Both the position numbers and the translations under genes were made by a program. The notes under the pieces are model-generated. The model had not been told where the DNA came from and ran no database searches. It saw nothing but the letters and a program-made list of their open reading frames with translations. A DNA stretch of 64,000 bases, from positions 928,001 to 992,000 of the forward strand of contig OY970399.1 in the NCBI GenBank assembly GCA_963720545.1, given 5' to 3'. Positions within the stretch are counted from its first letter, which is position 1. Each line of letters starts with the position of its first letter. Of this stretch, positions 39,418 to 52,441 are shown piece by piece. This DNA is from an uncultured Acidobacteriota bacterium. Lineage in GTDB: Bacteria; Acidobacteriota; Vicinamibacteria; Fen-336.

Positions 39418-39494
39418 CGCGCTAGGGCCGTCGCGCCTGCACGCGCCGCCGGCTCCTTGACCCGCAGCGAGCGAGCGGCCAGTATTGCCCCCGG

Positions 39495-41030
39495 ATGGAC
39501 GTGCTGCTGCAGCTCGTGGACATCACCAAGGACTTTCCCGGGGTGCGGGCACTGGATGGCGTGTCCTTCGACCTGCGCGCCGGCGAGATCCATTCGCTGT
39601 GCGGCGAGAACGGCGCCGGCAAGAGCACCTTGATGAAGGTGTTGAGCGGCGTCTACCCGCACGGCAGCTACGGCGGCGAGATTCGCCTCGGCGGCGAGGT
39701 GCTGCGCCTGCGTAACCTCAAGGACTCCGAAGCGCACGGTATCGCTCTGATCGCGCAGGAGCTGGCGCTGGTGCCGGAGCTGTCGATCGCGGAGAACCTG
39801 GTGCTCGGCCGCGAACCGCGGCGCGCGGGCTTCATCGACTGGGCGAAGGTGCGCAGCGAAGCCGCGCGGTCGCTGGCGCTGGTCGGCCTCGAGGTGGACA
39901 GCGCGCGCCCGGTGAAGGATCTCGGCATCGGCCAGCAGCAGATGGTGGAGATCGCGAAGGCGCTGGCGAAGGACGCCCGCATCCTCATCCTCGATGAGCC
40001 GACCGCGGCGCTCACCGAAGGCGACGCGCAGAAGCTTCTCGAGTTCCTGCGCGGTCTGCGCGCGCGCGGCGTCGCCTCCATCTACATCAGCCACCGCCTC
40101 GAGGAAGTGTTCGCCGTTTCCGACCGCATCACGGTGCTGCGCGACGGGCGCTCGGTCGCAACTCTCGACGGCGCCGCGGCGACCCGCGAGAAGGTCATCG
40201 CCTTGATGGTGGGCCGCGAGGTGAAAGACCTGTATCCGCGGCTTCCCGAAAGCGCGGGTGAAGTGCTGCTCGCGGTGCGCGACTGGTCGCTCGAGGATCC
40301 CCTGCGGCCCGCCCGCTTCGTGGTCGCAAACGCCGCCTTCGAGGTGCGCGCAGGCGAGATTCTCGGCATTGGCGGCCTGATGGGCGCCGGGCGCACGGCG
40401 CTCGTCAGCTCGCTGTTCGGCGCTGCGCGCAGCCGACTCACCGGCAGGCTGCGGCTCGGCGGCCAGCAGGAACGGGGCCCGTTCCGCTCCCCCGCCGAGG
40501 CCATCGCGGCCGGCGTCGCCCTCGTCAGCGAGGACCGCAAGCGCTACGGGCTGGTGCTGCCGGCCTCGATCCGCGACAACATGACGCTCGCCTCGCTGCG
40601 GCGCTTCGTCCACGGCCTGTTCCTGAGCCATAGCGAACGCGATGTGCGCAGCGAAGAGCAGTTCCGCAGCCTGCGAGTTCGGGCGCCGGGGCTCGCGAGC
40701 CTCGTCAACACCCTTTCCGGCGGCAACCAGCAGAAGGTGGTGCTCGGCAAGTGGCTGATCGCAGCACCGCGGGTCTTGCTGCTCGACGAGCCGACGCGCG
40801 GCATCGACGTCGGCGCCAAGGCCGAAATCTACGAACTCGTCAACCGGCTGGCAGCGGCCGGCCTGGGGGTGGTGATGGTGTCCTCGGACCTGCCCGAGCT
40901 CCTCGGCCTCTCGCACCGGGTGATCGTCATGAACAAGGGCGAGATTGCCGCGGAGCTGCACGGCGCTTCCGCAACCGCGGCGGCCGTCATGAGCGCCGCC
41001 ACGGCGCAAAGCGCCAAGAGGATCGCATGA
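39495..41030 (+). CDS. xylG: Sugar (xylose) ABC transporter ATPase, two NBDs
   Basis: GENGAGKSTLMKVLSGVYPHG, LSGGNQQKV, LLDEPTRGIDVGAK. Confidence 0.88.
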   Translation: MDVLLQLVDITKDFPGVRALDGVSFDLRAGEIHSLCGENGAGKSTLMKVLSGVYPHGSYGGEIRLGGEVLRLRNLKDSEAHGIALIAQELALVPELSIAENLVLGREPRRAGFIDWAKVRSEAARSLALVGLEVDSARPVKDLGIGQQQMVEIAKALAKDARILILDEPTAALTEGDAQKLLEFLRGLRARGVASIYISHRLEEVFAVSDRITVLRDGRSVATLDGAAATREKVIALMVGREVKDLYPRLPESAGEVLLAVRDWSLEDPLRPARFVVANAAFEVRAGEILGIGGLMGAGRTALVSSLFGAARSRLTGRLRLGGQQERGPFRSPAEAIAAGVALVSEDRKRYGLVLPASIRDNMTLASLRRFVHGLFLSHSERDVRSEEQFRSLRVRAPGLASLVNTLSGGNQQKVVLGKWLIAAPRVLLLDEPTRGIDVGAKAEIYELVNRLAAAGLGVVMVSSDLPELLGLSHRVIVMNKGEIAAELHGASATAAAVMSAATAQSAKRIA

Positions 41031-42133
41031 CCGAAGTGGTCGCACCGCCAGCGAAGACGACGATCCCCTGGCGCGCGCTCACCATGGTGGGCGCGCTGCT
41101 GCTCATCTGGGTGGTGTTCTCGTTCACCACCGACGGCACCTTCCTCTCGCCGCGCAACCTCTCGCAGCTCGCGCGGCAGATGTCGGTGACTTCGGTGCTC
41201 GCGATCGGGATGGTGCTGGTGATCGTCGCCGGCCAGATCGACCTGTCGGTGGGCGCCATGGCGGGCCTGCTGGGCGCGGTGGCGGCGATGAGCTACACGA
41301 ACCGCGATTGGCCGCTGCCGCTCGCCTTCGCGGCCGCGCTCGCCGCGGGCGCGTTCCTCGGCTTCGTGCAGGGCAACCTGGTGGCGCGGCTCGGCATTCC
41401 GCCGTTCATCGTCACGCTCGGCGGCATGCTGGTGTTCCAGGGCACGCTGCTCGGAGTCACCGGCGGCGTCTCGACGTCTCCCGGCCGCGCGTTCCTCGCG
41501 GTCGGGCAGAAGTACGTGCCGGAGAGCGCCGGGTGGCTGCTCGGCGGAATCGGCGCGCTCGCGCTCTGCGTCAGTGCCTGGAGGTCGAAGGGGCTGCAGC
41601 GGATCGTGTCGGCGGTGCTCGCCCTTCTCAGCTTCTCGTTCGTCGCGGTGATGAATTCGTATGCGGGCATTCCTGTGCCGGTGCTGATCGTGGTGCTGCT
41701 GGCGCTCTTCTTCTGGGTGGTTGCGAACCATACGGCGTTCGGGCGCCACCTCTACGCAATCGGCGGCAACCGCGAGGCGGCGTTCTATTCCGGAATCAAC
41801 ATCGAGCGGCACCTGGTCGGTGTCTTCACGCTGATGGGCCTGATGTGCGGCATCGCCGGCATCGTGCTGACGGCGCGGGTAGGTTCCGCGACCTCCGACG
41901 CCGGCAAGATGATGGAGCTCGACGCCATCGCCGCGGCGGTCATCGGCGGCACGTCGCTGCTCGGCGGCCAGGGCACGGTGTGGGGCGCCCTTCTCGGCGC
42001 GCTCGTCATGGCTTCGCTCGACAACGGCATGAGCCTGATGAACACCGAGTCTTTCTGGCAGCCCGTCATCAAGGGCGCGATCCTGGTGGTGGCGGTTGCG
42101 GTGGACATGGCCGGACGCAGGGGGCGCGGATAG
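41027..42133 (+). CDS. xylH: Sugar (xylose) ABC transporter permease
   Basis: FLSPRNL, IDLSVG, IPPFIVTLGGM, YAIGGN.EAA, ELDAIAAAVIGGTSL. Confidence 0.88.
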   Translation: MTEVVAPPAKTTIPWRALTMVGALLLIWVVFSFTTDGTFLSPRNLSQLARQMSVTSVLAIGMVLVIVAGQIDLSVGAMAGLLGAVAAMSYTNRDWPLPLAFAAALAAGAFLGFVQGNLVARLGIPPFIVTLGGMLVFQGTLLGVTGGVSTSPGRAFLAVGQKYVPESAGWLLGGIGALALCVSAWRSKGLQRIVSAVLALLSFSFVAVMNSYAGIPVPVLIVVLLALFFWVVANHTAFGRHLYAIGGNREAAFYSGINIERHLVGVFTLMGLMCGIAGIVLTARVGSATSDAGKMMELDAIAAAVIGGTSLLGGQGTVWGALLGALVMASLDNGMSLMNTESFWQPVIKGAILVVAVAVDMAGRRGRG

Positions 42134-43089
42134 TCACCAGAAGCCGCACCGACCGCCTCCGCTGGCTGTACCTTTTCCGGCCCGAGGAAGCCATCGCGAT
42201 CGCCTTCCTCCTGCCCACCACCTGGCTCACCGTGGCGGCGAACCGCTACGCGCAGCGCGAGGGACTCCTGGGGGCTCGCTATCCGGGCGGGATCTACCGC
42301 CTCGGCCTTGCGATCGCGGTGCTCGGCGGCCTCTACCTCGGCCGGCGCCTGTTGCCGCAGAGCCGGGTCCTCAAGGGACTGCGGGAGATCCTCCCCTTCC
42401 TCGCCTGCATCCTCATCTATACGAACCTCCACGACACCATCGGCTTCGTGAACCCGCACGACATCCACGACCGGCTGGCAGCCGCCGACCTATGGCTGTT
42501 CGGGGTGCAGCCGACGATCTGGGCCGAGGCCTTCATCACCCCGGCGAACACCGAGCTGATGAGCTTCTTCTACACGTGCTTCTTCTGGATCGCGCCGGTG
42601 GTGCCGCTCTACTTGCTGGCGCGCCGCCGCTTCGCCGACTTTCGCACTGCGACGCTCGGCATCGTGCTGTGCTTCCTCATGGGCTATGTCATCTACGTCA
42701 TCTTCCCCGCCGGCCCGCCGCGCCTGGTGCTGGCGCACGAGTACACGAAAACGCTCGCCGGCTACAACGCCGCGTTCACGCGCTTCTCGAACAGCGCCAT
42801 CGACCTGCTGCCGCACGACAGCCGCGCCGCGTTCCCGTCGCTGCACGGCGCCATTTCGCTATTGGCGATGGCATACGCGTGGCGCTTCGCGCGCCGTCTC
42901 TTCTGGTTCATGATCCCGTTCGTCCTCGGCCTGTGGGTGTCGACCGTCTACCTTCGCCACCACTTCATCGTCGACTTGTTCGCGGGCTGGGCGCTCGCAC
43001 CGTTCGCCTATGTCCTGGCGCCGCGACTCGACCGGTACTGGTCCGCCCGGCAGCGCGAACGCGGCATCGAACCAGCCCGCGGCGCCTAG
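42130..43089 (+). CDS. PAP2 / Aur1-like (inositol phosphorylceramide synthase-like) membrane phosphotransferase
   Basis: [27 protein letters not shown]. No canonical start near the 5' end; ATA 42130 overlapping the xylH stop is assumed. Confidence 0.8.
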   Translation: MVTRSRTDRLRWLYLFRPEEAIAIAFLLPTTWLTVAANRYAQREGLLGARYPGGIYRLGLAIAVLGGLYLGRRLLPQSRVLKGLREILPFLACILIYTNLHDTIGFVNPHDIHDRLAAADLWLFGVQPTIWAEAFITPANTELMSFFYTCFFWIAPVVPLYLLARRRFADFRTATLGIVLCFLMGYVIYVIFPAGPPRLVLAHEYTKTLAGYNAAFTRFSNSAIDLLPHDSRAAFPSLHGAISLLAMAYAWRFARRLFWFMIPFVLGLWVSTVYLRHHFIVDLFAGWALAPFAYVLAPRLDRYWSARQRERGIEPARGA

Positions 43090-43775
43090 GCCACGGGCCA
43101 TAGAGGGTCTGTGACCCCGGCCGCGTCGAAGCCCTGGCGGCGGTTGGCGCACGAATCGCAGCGCCGGCACGGCGCGCCGTCGGGCTGCGGGTCGTAGCAG
43201 CTCCAGGTCAGGCCGAAGTCGATGCCGAGCTGCACCGCCTGCTGCACGATCTGGCCCTTGTCGAGGTTCTGCAGCGGCGCGTGGATGCGGATCTGGCCCG
43301 CGCCCGCGCCCTCGACGCCGGCCCGCGTCGCCAGGTTGGCGAGGATCTCGAACGCGGCGATGAAGTCCGGGCGGCAGTCGGGATAGCCGGCGAAGTCGAT
43401 GTGGTTGACGCCGATGTAGATGTCGCGAATATCGCGGCTCTCGGCGTAGGCGAGCGCCAGCGACAGCATCACGGTGTTGCGGGCGGGCACGTAGGTCATT
43501 GGTATCCCCGGCAGCGCCCCGCGCGCCGGCGGCACGGCGATGTCGTCGGTGAGCGCCGAACCGCCGAAGCGCCTGAGGTTCACGGCGAAGACCATGTGCT
43601 CGTCGACGCCGATCGCGGCCGCCATCGCGCGCGCCGAGTCGAGTTCGCGAATGTTGCGCTGGCCGTAATCGAGGGTGAGCGCGCAGCAGCGGTAGCCGAG
43701 ACGGCGCGCAATCGCGAGCGTCGTGGACGAATCGAGGCCGCCGCTCAGCAGCACGACCGCGCGTTTGTCGCTCAT
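43086..43775 (-). CDS. queC: 7-cyano-7-deazaguanine synthase
   Basis: [38 protein letters not shown]. Confidence 0.95.
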   Translation of the reverse strand: MSDKRAVVLLSGGLDSSTTLAIARRLGYRCCALTLDYGQRNIRELDSARAMAAAIGVDEHMVFAVNLRRFGGSALTDDIAVPPARGALPGIPMTYVPARNTVMLSLALAYAESRDIRDIYIGVNHIDFAGYPDCRPDFIAAFEILANLATRAGVEGAGAGQIRIHAPLQNLDKGQIVQQAVQLGIDFGLTWSCYDPQPDGAPCRRCDSCANRRQGFDAAGVTDPLWPVA

Positions 43776-45616
43776 CGAACCGCCGGCAGGTAGAGCGCGT
43801 CGCAGGCGGGTGGCAGGTCGATCCGCAGGCGGCCCGCCGCGACGCGCGCCTCGCCGCCGCAGGCGAGCCGGTCAGAGAACACGGCGCCGTCTTTCAGCAC
43901 GCCGCCGACCTCGATATCGAGGCTGCGCGCGGTCGCGGCGTTGTTGAGCGCGACCACGGCGCTGCCCGAAGCATCGACACGCGCGTAGACATACGCATCG
44001 TCGGCAGCCAGCAGGGTGACGAGCCGGCCGCGGCGCAGCGCGGGAGTCGCGGCGCGCAGGCGCGCCAGGTTCTTCAGGTGGTCGAACACCGCGTTCTCGT
44101 CGGCGGTGCGTCCCGCGGCGGTGAACGCATCGCGCCCGTCGCCCGGGAAGCCTCCGGGAAAGTCGCGGCGGTTGTCGGGATCGGCGCCGCCCGGCATGCC
44201 GATCTCGTCGCCGTAGTAGACCATCGGGATGCCGCGCGTCGTCATGAGAAAGGTGTAGGCGCGGCGCAGCCCGGCAACGGTCGCGTCCTTCTCACCCATG
44301 AAGCGCGGCACGTCGTGATTGCCGAGGAACGTGACGAGGTTGTCGGCCGCGGGATAGAGCCGGTCGTATGAAAGAGCCATGGCAAGCTCCTTGAGCGGCT
44401 TCTTCGCGATGAACGCGTCGCGGATCTTGTAGTAGAGCGGGAAGTCGAAGAGGGAGAAGACGCCCGTGTCGATGCCGTCGAAGCCCGCGCGGCCGCCCTG
44501 GAAGAACGCCACGAGCGCCGGGTTGCCGTCCCACATCTCGCCCACCACCCGGACGAGCGGAAACTCGGCGCGGATCGCCGCGTTCCAGTCGCGCCAGAAC
44601 GCGCGCGGCACGTAGGGCCAGGTGTCCTGGCGAATGCCGTCGAGGCCCAGCACGCCGACCCACCACAGGGTGTTCTGGATGACGTAGCGCGCGGCCTCGG
44701 GATCGTCCTGGTTGATGTCGGGCAGGACGTTCACGAACCAGCCGTCGAGCGTCTCGCGGCGCAGCCCGGGGCCGGCATGAGGGTCGGCGGGCGTCCACGT
44801 CTGCCAGGTCTCGTCGAGATGTGCTTTGGGCGTGCCGCGCAGCCACGTCGGGGTCGGCGGATCCTGCGCCCACGGATGCTGCGGACCGGTGTGGTTCGCC
44901 ACCTGGTCCTGGATCACCTTGATGCCGGCGGCATGCGCCTTCTCGACCAGGTCGCGCAAGGAAGCGAGGTCGCCGAAATGTTCCTCGACCGCATAGAAAC
45001 CGGTGGCACCGTAGCCGTGGTAGTCGGCGATCGGCTTGCCGTCTACGGCCTGTACCTCGTTCGGCACGTCGGTGTTGTCGTACCAGGGGTTGAGCCAGAG
45101 CGCCGTGACCCCGAGGTCGCGCAGGTACGGCAAGCGCGCGGCGATGCCCGCCAGGTCTCCGCCGTGGTAACGCCGCGGCTCGTTACGGTCCGTCAGTCCG
45201 GGCGAGCGCGGCGGGTTGTCGTTCGCAGGATCGCCGTTCGCGAACCGGTCGGGCATGGCGAGGTAGATGAAGTCGTCGGCCGAGAAGCCGGCGAAGCGGC
45301 CGGTGCGGCGCAGAGGCGGCAGGATCTCGAAGGGCACGGCCGCGGTGCCGCTTGCCGTGCGCAACCGCAAACCGGCGTCGCCCGGTTTCGCGCCACGGCC
45401 GATGGTGACGTCGAAGAGCGCGTAGGTGCCGCGCGCGCTGACCTTGGCCTGGCCCACCCTGACGCCGGGACCGGCCGAGAGCGTGGCTCCCGCAAGGTCG
45501 GTGCCGTGGACGAGCAGACGCACCGGGTTGTGCGCGCTCGATTGCCACCAGCTCGGCGGCTCGACCGCCGCGACCTGCGGAGCGGCGAGCAGCAGGGAAA
45601 TGACGGCTGCGATCAC
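43772..45616 (-). CDS. GH13 alpha-amylase/cyclomaltodextrinase, secreted
   Basis: VEPPSWW N-domain, [45 protein letters not shown] overlaps the MFS stop. Confidence 0.9.
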   Translation of the reverse strand: MIAAVISLLLAAPQVAAVEPPSWWQSSAHNPVRLLVHGTDLAGATLSAGPGVRVGQAKVSARGTYALFDVTIGRGAKPGDAGLRLRTASGTAAVPFEILPPLRRTGRFAGFSADDFIYLAMPDRFANGDPANDNPPRSPGLTDRNEPRRYHGGDLAGIAARLPYLRDLGVTALWLNPWYDNTDVPNEVQAVDGKPIADYHGYGATGFYAVEEHFGDLASLRDLVEKAHAAGIKVIQDQVANHTGPQHPWAQDPPTPTWLRGTPKAHLDETWQTWTPADPHAGPGLRRETLDGWFVNVLPDINQDDPEAARYVIQNTLWWVGVLGLDGIRQDTWPYVPRAFWRDWNAAIRAEFPLVRVVGEMWDGNPALVAFFQGGRAGFDGIDTGVFSLFDFPLYYKIRDAFIAKKPLKELAMALSYDRLYPAADNLVTFLGNHDVPRFMGEKDATVAGLRRAYTFLMTTRGIPMVYYGDEIGMPGGADPDNRRDFPGGFPGDGRDAFTAAGRTADENAVFDHLKNLARLRAATPALRRGRLVTLLAADDAYVYARVDASGSAVVALNNAATARSLDIEVGGVLKDGAVFSDRLACGGEARVAAGRLRIDLPPACDALYLPAVR

Positions 45617-47054
45617 GCGTGCCGATCCTCGACGAACAGCGTCGCGATGGCGGCGAGCGCCAGCGAGCCTCCGCCCAGCATCACCACCTTCACGGGGTCG
45701 TTGTCGAACAGGCGCCCCACCACCGGCTGCAGCGCCACCGACGCGAGGATCTCGGGGATCACGATGAAGAAGTTGAAGATCCCCATGTAGACGCCCATGC
45801 GCGCCGCCGGCAATGCGCTCGACAGCATGGCGTACGGCATCGACAGGATCGAAGCCCAGGCGATGCCGACGCCGACCATAGTCATCTTCCACAGGAACGG
45901 ATCGTGGATGAAGCCCGTGCTCAGCAGCCCGAGAGCACCACACGCGAGGGCGAGGCCGTGCACGAAAGTGCGGCTCGTCTTCCTGGCGAGCACCGGCAAC
46001 GCAAACGCCACCAGCAGGCAGACGATCGAGTAGACCGCGAACGTCTCGCCGCCGAAGGCGACGCCGCGGTCGAACGCTTCGGAGTGGGCGTCGGTGGTGC
46101 CGAACACCCGCTGCGCGGTGGCCAGGCCGAAGAACATCCACATGCAGAAGAGGCCGAGCCAGGTGAAGAACTGGACGACCGCGAGCTGGCGCATGGTCTT
46201 CGGCATCTCGCGCAGCGCCGCGGCCACCTCCGGCCCGGAAAGCGCCAGGCCGAGGGCGGCCCCGATCACCGAGCCGGCGGCAACGTGCAGAGCCGAGAGG
46301 TGGTGCTCTACCAGCAGGCCGCGCGTGAGCGCGACCAGGCAGCCCGCCGCGGCGCCCCACAAGAGGAAGGACGGCTGCCAATGGAACACGCGGCCCTCGC
46401 GGCGGCGGCGCGCGAAGTCTTCCATGTCCTCGGGCGGAAACTCGCGTGTGGTCAAAACCGTCCAGAGCACCGCCAGCAGGAAGACGGCGGCGCCGAGCTT
46501 GAACGCGTAAAGCACCGTGAACGGCACGCCGTTCGGCGCGACGCCGGTGATGCCGGCGTGCTGGAAGATCGAAGGCAGCGCGTTCGCGATCGCGGCACCC
46601 ACGCCGATGAAGAAACTCTGCGTGACGAACCCCATGGTGCGCTGCTCCGGCGGCAGCTTGTCGGCAACGAACGCGCGAAACGGCTCCATGCTGACGTTGA
46701 TCGAGGCGTCGAGGATCCAGAGCATGGTGGCGGCGAACCACAGCGTCGGCGAGTCGGGCATCAGGAAGAGGGCGATGCTCGCGAGCACCGCGCCGGCGAG
46801 AAAGTAGGGACGGCGCCGGCCGAGCCGGTTCCAGGTGCGGTCGCTCATGGCGCCGATGATCGGCTGGATCAAGAGCCCGGTCATCGGTCCCGCCAGCCAC
46901 AGGATGGGTATGCGTTCCGGCTCGGCGCCGAGCTTCGCGTAGATCGCCGACATGTTGGCGAGCTGCAGCCCCCACCCGAACTGGATGCCGAGGAAGCCGA
47001 AGCTCATGTTGAAGATCTGGCCGAACGTGAGACGCGGCCGGTTCGTCGCAATCG

Positions 47055-47058
<4 letters not shown>
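45613..47058 (-). CDS. MFS maltose/sucrose-type transporter (MalT/SLC45-like)
   Basis: [54 protein letters not shown]. Confidence 0.9.
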
Positions 47059-48610
<1,552 letters not shown>

Positions 48611-48611
<1 letters not shown>

Positions 48612-48844
48612 CAGGGCTTGGGCGCGGGCGGCGGCAGGTCCCTGGCGGCGACCGTGGAGTCGAACGCGATCTTGTTGTGGGTGCCGTCGCAGAAAGGCTT
48701 GTTCGACGAGTGGCCGCAGCGGCACAGGCTGATGACGCGTCGGCCGCCCAGTCCGAAGGACGTGCCCAGCTGGTCGCACAGGTCGGGCGGCCCTTCCACT
48801 ACCAGAGGGCCATTGTTGCGGACTGTGATCTTGAACTCGGACAT
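48611..48844 (-). CDS. CDGSH iron-sulfur domain protein
   Basis: NGPLVV...LCRCGHSSNKPFCDGTH. Confidence 0.9.
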
Positions 48845-48874
48845 GGAGCGCATTGTAAGCCGACAATTGACGTG

Positions 48875-49843
48875 ATGCGGCCGAAGCTGAAGCGTTTCAC
48901 CCCCGTGCTGCTCCTGCTTCTCGCACTGTCCTGCGGCGACGGCGGCGACGGCGGCGCCAGCAACGACCCGGGCAGTGGCGGGAACGGCGGCAGCGGCGGT
49001 GGCTCTGCCGGCAGCGGCACGCTTGCGGGCTGCCAGGTGTTCCCGGCCGACAACCCCTGGAACCGCGACGTCGCGAGCGATCCGGTGGACGGCAACTCCG
49101 ACGCCTACATCCGCAGCATGAATGGCGGCCGCACCAACCTGCACGCCGACTTCGGCAGTCCGGTCGAGTACGGCATCCCATGGATCAGCGTGCCGGGCAG
49201 CCAGCCGCGCGTGCCGGTGAGCTTTTACTACCGCGACGAGAGCGATCCTGGGCCGTATCCGTTTCCGCTCGACGCGCCGGTCGAAGCGGGCGGCGACCGC
49301 CACATCCTCACCGTCGATCGCGACACTTGCCGTCTTTACGAAGCGTTCGACTGCGAGCGCGACGGCGGCGGATGGGCGTGCGGCTCCGGGGCCGTCTTCG
49401 ACCTTCGCTCGAACACGCTGCGCCCCGATGGCTGGACCAGCGCCGACGCCGCCGGCCTGCCCATCCTGCCGGGCCTTGCGCGCCTCGACGAGGTGGAGCG
49501 CGGCGAGATCCGGCATGCGCTGCGGTTCACCGTGCGCAGGACGCAGCGCGCCTACATCCACCCTGCAACCCACTTTGCGAGCAGCGACCGCAACCCGGAC
49601 CTGCCACCCATGGGCCTGCGCGTGCGCATGAGGGCGTCGTACGACATCGGCGGCGTAACCGGCGCCGCCCGCGTCATCCTCGTGGCGCTCAAGAAGTACG
49701 GCATGTTCGTGGCCGACAACGGCTCCGACTGGTTCATCTCCGGCGAGCGCAACCCCCGCTGGAACGACGACGACCTTGACCAGTTGAAGCGCATCCCTGG
49801 TTCGGCTTTCGAGGTGGTGCGCGCCGGCGACCTGCATCGCTGA
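48875..49843 (+). CDS. Conserved hypothetical lipoprotein
   Basis: Lipobox LALSC, Gly/Ser linker, then a globular domain (FPADNPWN, WTSADAAGLPILPGL, ALKKYGMFVADNGS). Confidence 0.75.
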   Translation: MRPKLKRFTPVLLLLLALSCGDGGDGGASNDPGSGGNGGSGGGSAGSGTLAGCQVFPADNPWNRDVASDPVDGNSDAYIRSMNGGRTNLHADFGSPVEYGIPWISVPGSQPRVPVSFYYRDESDPGPYPFPLDAPVEAGGDRHILTVDRDTCRLYEAFDCERDGGGWACGSGAVFDLRSNTLRPDGWTSADAAGLPILPGLARLDEVERGEIRHALRFTVRRTQRAYIHPATHFASSDRNPDLPPMGLRVRMRASYDIGGVTGAARVILVALKKYGMFVADNGSDWFISGERNPRWNDDDLDQLKRIPGSAFEVVRAGDLHR

Positions 49844-50009
49844 GGCCGGACGTTCAATAAACCGCTGCTCTCACAACGTTTCACCAGCGAAAGGCGCGCG
49901 GCGCGGCGAAGTTCAATGGCGCGGATAGCGCAAACGCCCGTGGTTCCGTATCTTCCTCGTGACCACGTACCCCCCGTTCAGTTCGAGTCATCGAAGGAGA
50001 GGAAGCACC

Positions 50010-51299
50010 ATGAACCAAAGCCGCTGCCTGCGCACCGCGGGCGCCGCCCTCGCGGCCGCAACGCTCATCGCTTCTGCCGCCGCCGCTGCCGCGGACACCG
50101 GCAAGAGTTTCACGTACACCACCAAGTCTCCGGAGGCGGCGAAGCTGCTCACCGAGCTGCAGACGCGCATCGAGTTCTTCCAGTTCGGTCCCGACAACGT
50201 CACGCTTGCGCAGAAGATCGTCGCCGCGGATCCCGCGTTCGCCATGGGCCAGTACTACCTCTCCGCGGTGCAGCCGCCGCCCGACAACGCCGCCGCGCTG
50301 GCCAAGGCGGTGGTGCTTGCGAAGGACGCCTCCGACGGCGAACGCCGCTTCATCGAGGCGATGAACGTGGCGCGCGACCCGAAGGCGACGACACCGGAAA
50401 AGGCCTTGCCGCTTCTCGAGCAGCTCGCGGCCGACTACCCCGGCGAACGGCTGGTGCTGACGATGCTCGGCCAGCTTTACCCGGGCGTGCCCGGACAGGA
50501 AGCGAAGGCCCGGCCCGCACTCGAACGGGCCCTCGTGCTCTATCCGAACTCTCCGCGCATGAAGGCGCTGGCCGCGAACGAGCTGCTGCTGAACGGCAAC
50601 TACGCGCAAGCTCGCGCCACCTTCGAGTCGGTCGAGAAGGAACTGAAGAAGGGGGCGGCGCCGTTCGTGGTTCGCTACGGCATCGCCTTCAGCTACCTGT
50701 ACGAAGGCAAGCCCGATCCGGCGATCTCCGCACTGCAGACATACCTGCAGGAGTACAAGGACGCCGGGCTCGCGCAGGGCTTCCCCGAGGTCTTCATCTG
50801 GAACTCGATCGCGCGCATCGACCTCGAGAACGATCGACTGCCCGAGGCGCTCGCCGCATATCAGAAGGGCTACGAGAGCGTCCCCAACAGCACGATCCCC
50901 GACGACCAGAAGCAGACCTGGCTGGGACGGCTGCACCACGGCACCGCGCGCACCTACGCGCGCATGGGCAAGCACGAAGAGGCCTGGGCCGAGGCCGAGA
51001 CGATCCGCAAGATGATCGAGGCGGGCGGCGAGGCCGGCAAGCCGTTCCTGCCCGCCTATCACTATCTCGCGGGCTACCTGCTGCTCGAGAAAGGCGATTA
51101 CCCGCGCGCGGTCGAGGAGCTGAAGCAGTCGAACCAGGCCGATCCGTTCCATCGCCTGCTGCTGGCGCGCGCCTACGAGAAGGTGGGCGACAAGGAGAGT
51201 GCCCGCAAGGCCTACCAGGAAGTCGTCGACTCGAAGGCCAATGGCATCGAGCGGGCGCTGAGCTACAACGAAGCGAAGTCGCGAATCTCGAAGCTCTAG
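50010..51299 (+). CDS. Secreted tetratricopeptide-repeat protein
   Basis: AGGAG RBS, signal peptide, repeated TPR-like helices. Confidence 0.8.
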   Translation: MNQSRCLRTAGAALAAATLIASAAAAAADTGKSFTYTTKSPEAAKLLTELQTRIEFFQFGPDNVTLAQKIVAADPAFAMGQYYLSAVQPPPDNAAALAKAVVLAKDASDGERRFIEAMNVARDPKATTPEKALPLLEQLAADYPGERLVLTMLGQLYPGVPGQEAKARPALERALVLYPNSPRMKALAANELLLNGNYAQARATFESVEKELKKGAAPFVVRYGIAFSYLYEGKPDPAISALQTYLQEYKDAGLAQGFPEVFIWNSIARIDLENDRLPEALAAYQKGYESVPNSTIPDDQKQTWLGRLHHGTARTYARMGKHEEAWAEAETIRKMIEAGGEAGKPFLPAYHYLAGYLLLEKGDYPRAVEELKQSNQADPFHRLLLARAYEKVGDKESARKAYQEVVDSKANGIERALSYNEAKSRISKL

Positions 51300-52408
51300 C
51301 CCGACCCGCGTCCCATGAACCGCTCCCACAGCGAGTGGAAGTGGTGCACACCGTTCTCGCGCGCCACCGAATAGCGGCCGCGGTCGTAAGTGCGCGACCG
51401 CAGGCCGCGCTGCACGGCCTCGCAGATGGCCACGTCCTCCCGCTGCACCTCTTCGGCGAGGAGGATCGACTCGGCGAACCCGGCTGAACCGGCGGCGGCC
51501 GCAGGATCGGCCACGTACCACTCGAAGCGCACACGCGTCGTTTCCGGGCCGGTCGGCTCCACCACGTTCACCTGCAGGTTCCCCGGGTAGAGGTTGAGCA
51601 TGGTATTGGGAAACACCCAGTAGTACGCGACCGCGGCTGGCACGTCGGCTGAGCCCGCGATCTTCTCGAGCGCGCCGCCGGCGCGCAGAGGCGTGATCTG
51701 CTTCGAGCACAGCTCGTAGGTTTCGACACGGTAGTTCGCGTAGTCCACCTCGCGGAACAGGCGCGGGTGCACGAGCGGGATGTGATAGCCCTCGAGATAG
51801 TTGTCTACGTACGCCTTCCAGTTGCACGCGACCTGGTAGTCGGCGGCGCGCGCGAGGCGCAGCGACTCGATGCCGGCGGCCACCGGCTCGTCGAGGAACG
51901 GCGCCACCGCCGCCTCGAGCGGGCCGCCCTGCGCGTCGAGGTTGACCATGGCGAGAGGGCCGAGCCTGTCGCTGCGGAAGCGCGGCAGCGCATGGTCCGC
52001 GGCGCGGAAGTCCTCGACTCCCTGCCACTCGGGAGTGCCGACGAGCGCGCCCTCGAGGGTGTAGGTCCAGCCGTGATAGGCGCACTGGAGCACCCGCTTG
52101 TTGCCGCAACCGGTCGCAACCGGACCCGCCCGGTGCCGGCACACCGCCGACATCGCGCGCACCCCCGAATCGCTTCGGGTCAGGACGAGCGGCTCGCCGC
52201 CGATCGTCACCGTGAGGAAATCGCCTGTCCGCTCGAGCCTCTCCGCCGGTCCGGCGACCTGCCAGGTCCGGCCGAAGATCCGCTCCTGCTCCAGGCGGAA
52301 AATGGCGCCGTCCTGGTAGGCCGACGACGGCAAAGTGTGGGCGCGCGCCAGCAGCTCGCCCACGATGCGGTCGCTGCCGATACCGGGACGCTCGCCCACT
52401 GAAGCCAT
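51296..52408 (-). CDS. Rieske aromatic-ring-hydroxylating oxygenase alpha subunit (choline monooxygenase-like)
   Basis: CRHRA...CAYHGW Rieske site; NWKAYVDNYLEGYHIPLVH mononuclear Fe site; ED..ICEAVQRGL. Confidence 0.9.
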   Translation of the reverse strand: MASVGERPGIGSDRIVGELLARAHTLPSSAYQDGAIFRLEQERIFGRTWQVAGPAERLERTGDFLTVTIGGEPLVLTRSDSGVRAMSAVCRHRAGPVATGCGNKRVLQCAYHGWTYTLEGALVGTPEWQGVEDFRAADHALPRFRSDRLGPLAMVNLDAQGGPLEAAVAPFLDEPVAAGIESLRLARAADYQVACNWKAYVDNYLEGYHIPLVHPRLFREVDYANYRVETYELCSKQITPLRAGGALEKIAGSADVPAAVAYYWVFPNTMLNLYPGNLQVNVVEPTGPETTRVRFEWYVADPAAAAGSAGFAESILLAEEVQREDVAICEAVQRGLRSRTYDRGRYSVARENGVHHFHSLWERFMGRGSG

Positions 52409-52441
52409 GGGCGAATGGTACGCCAGGCCGGCGCTTACAAT

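Noticed and set aside
43086..43775. queC as part of a Dpd or QatABCD-type defence system
   Set aside because: Canonical length and motifs, with no dpd, TatD or ATPase neighbours; a housekeeping role is more likely.
49916..49931. Possible sigma-54 promoter TGGCGC-N5-GCGCA upstream of the TPR gene
   Set aside because: GG/GC spacing fits but the -12 element lacks TT; too weak in GC-rich DNA.
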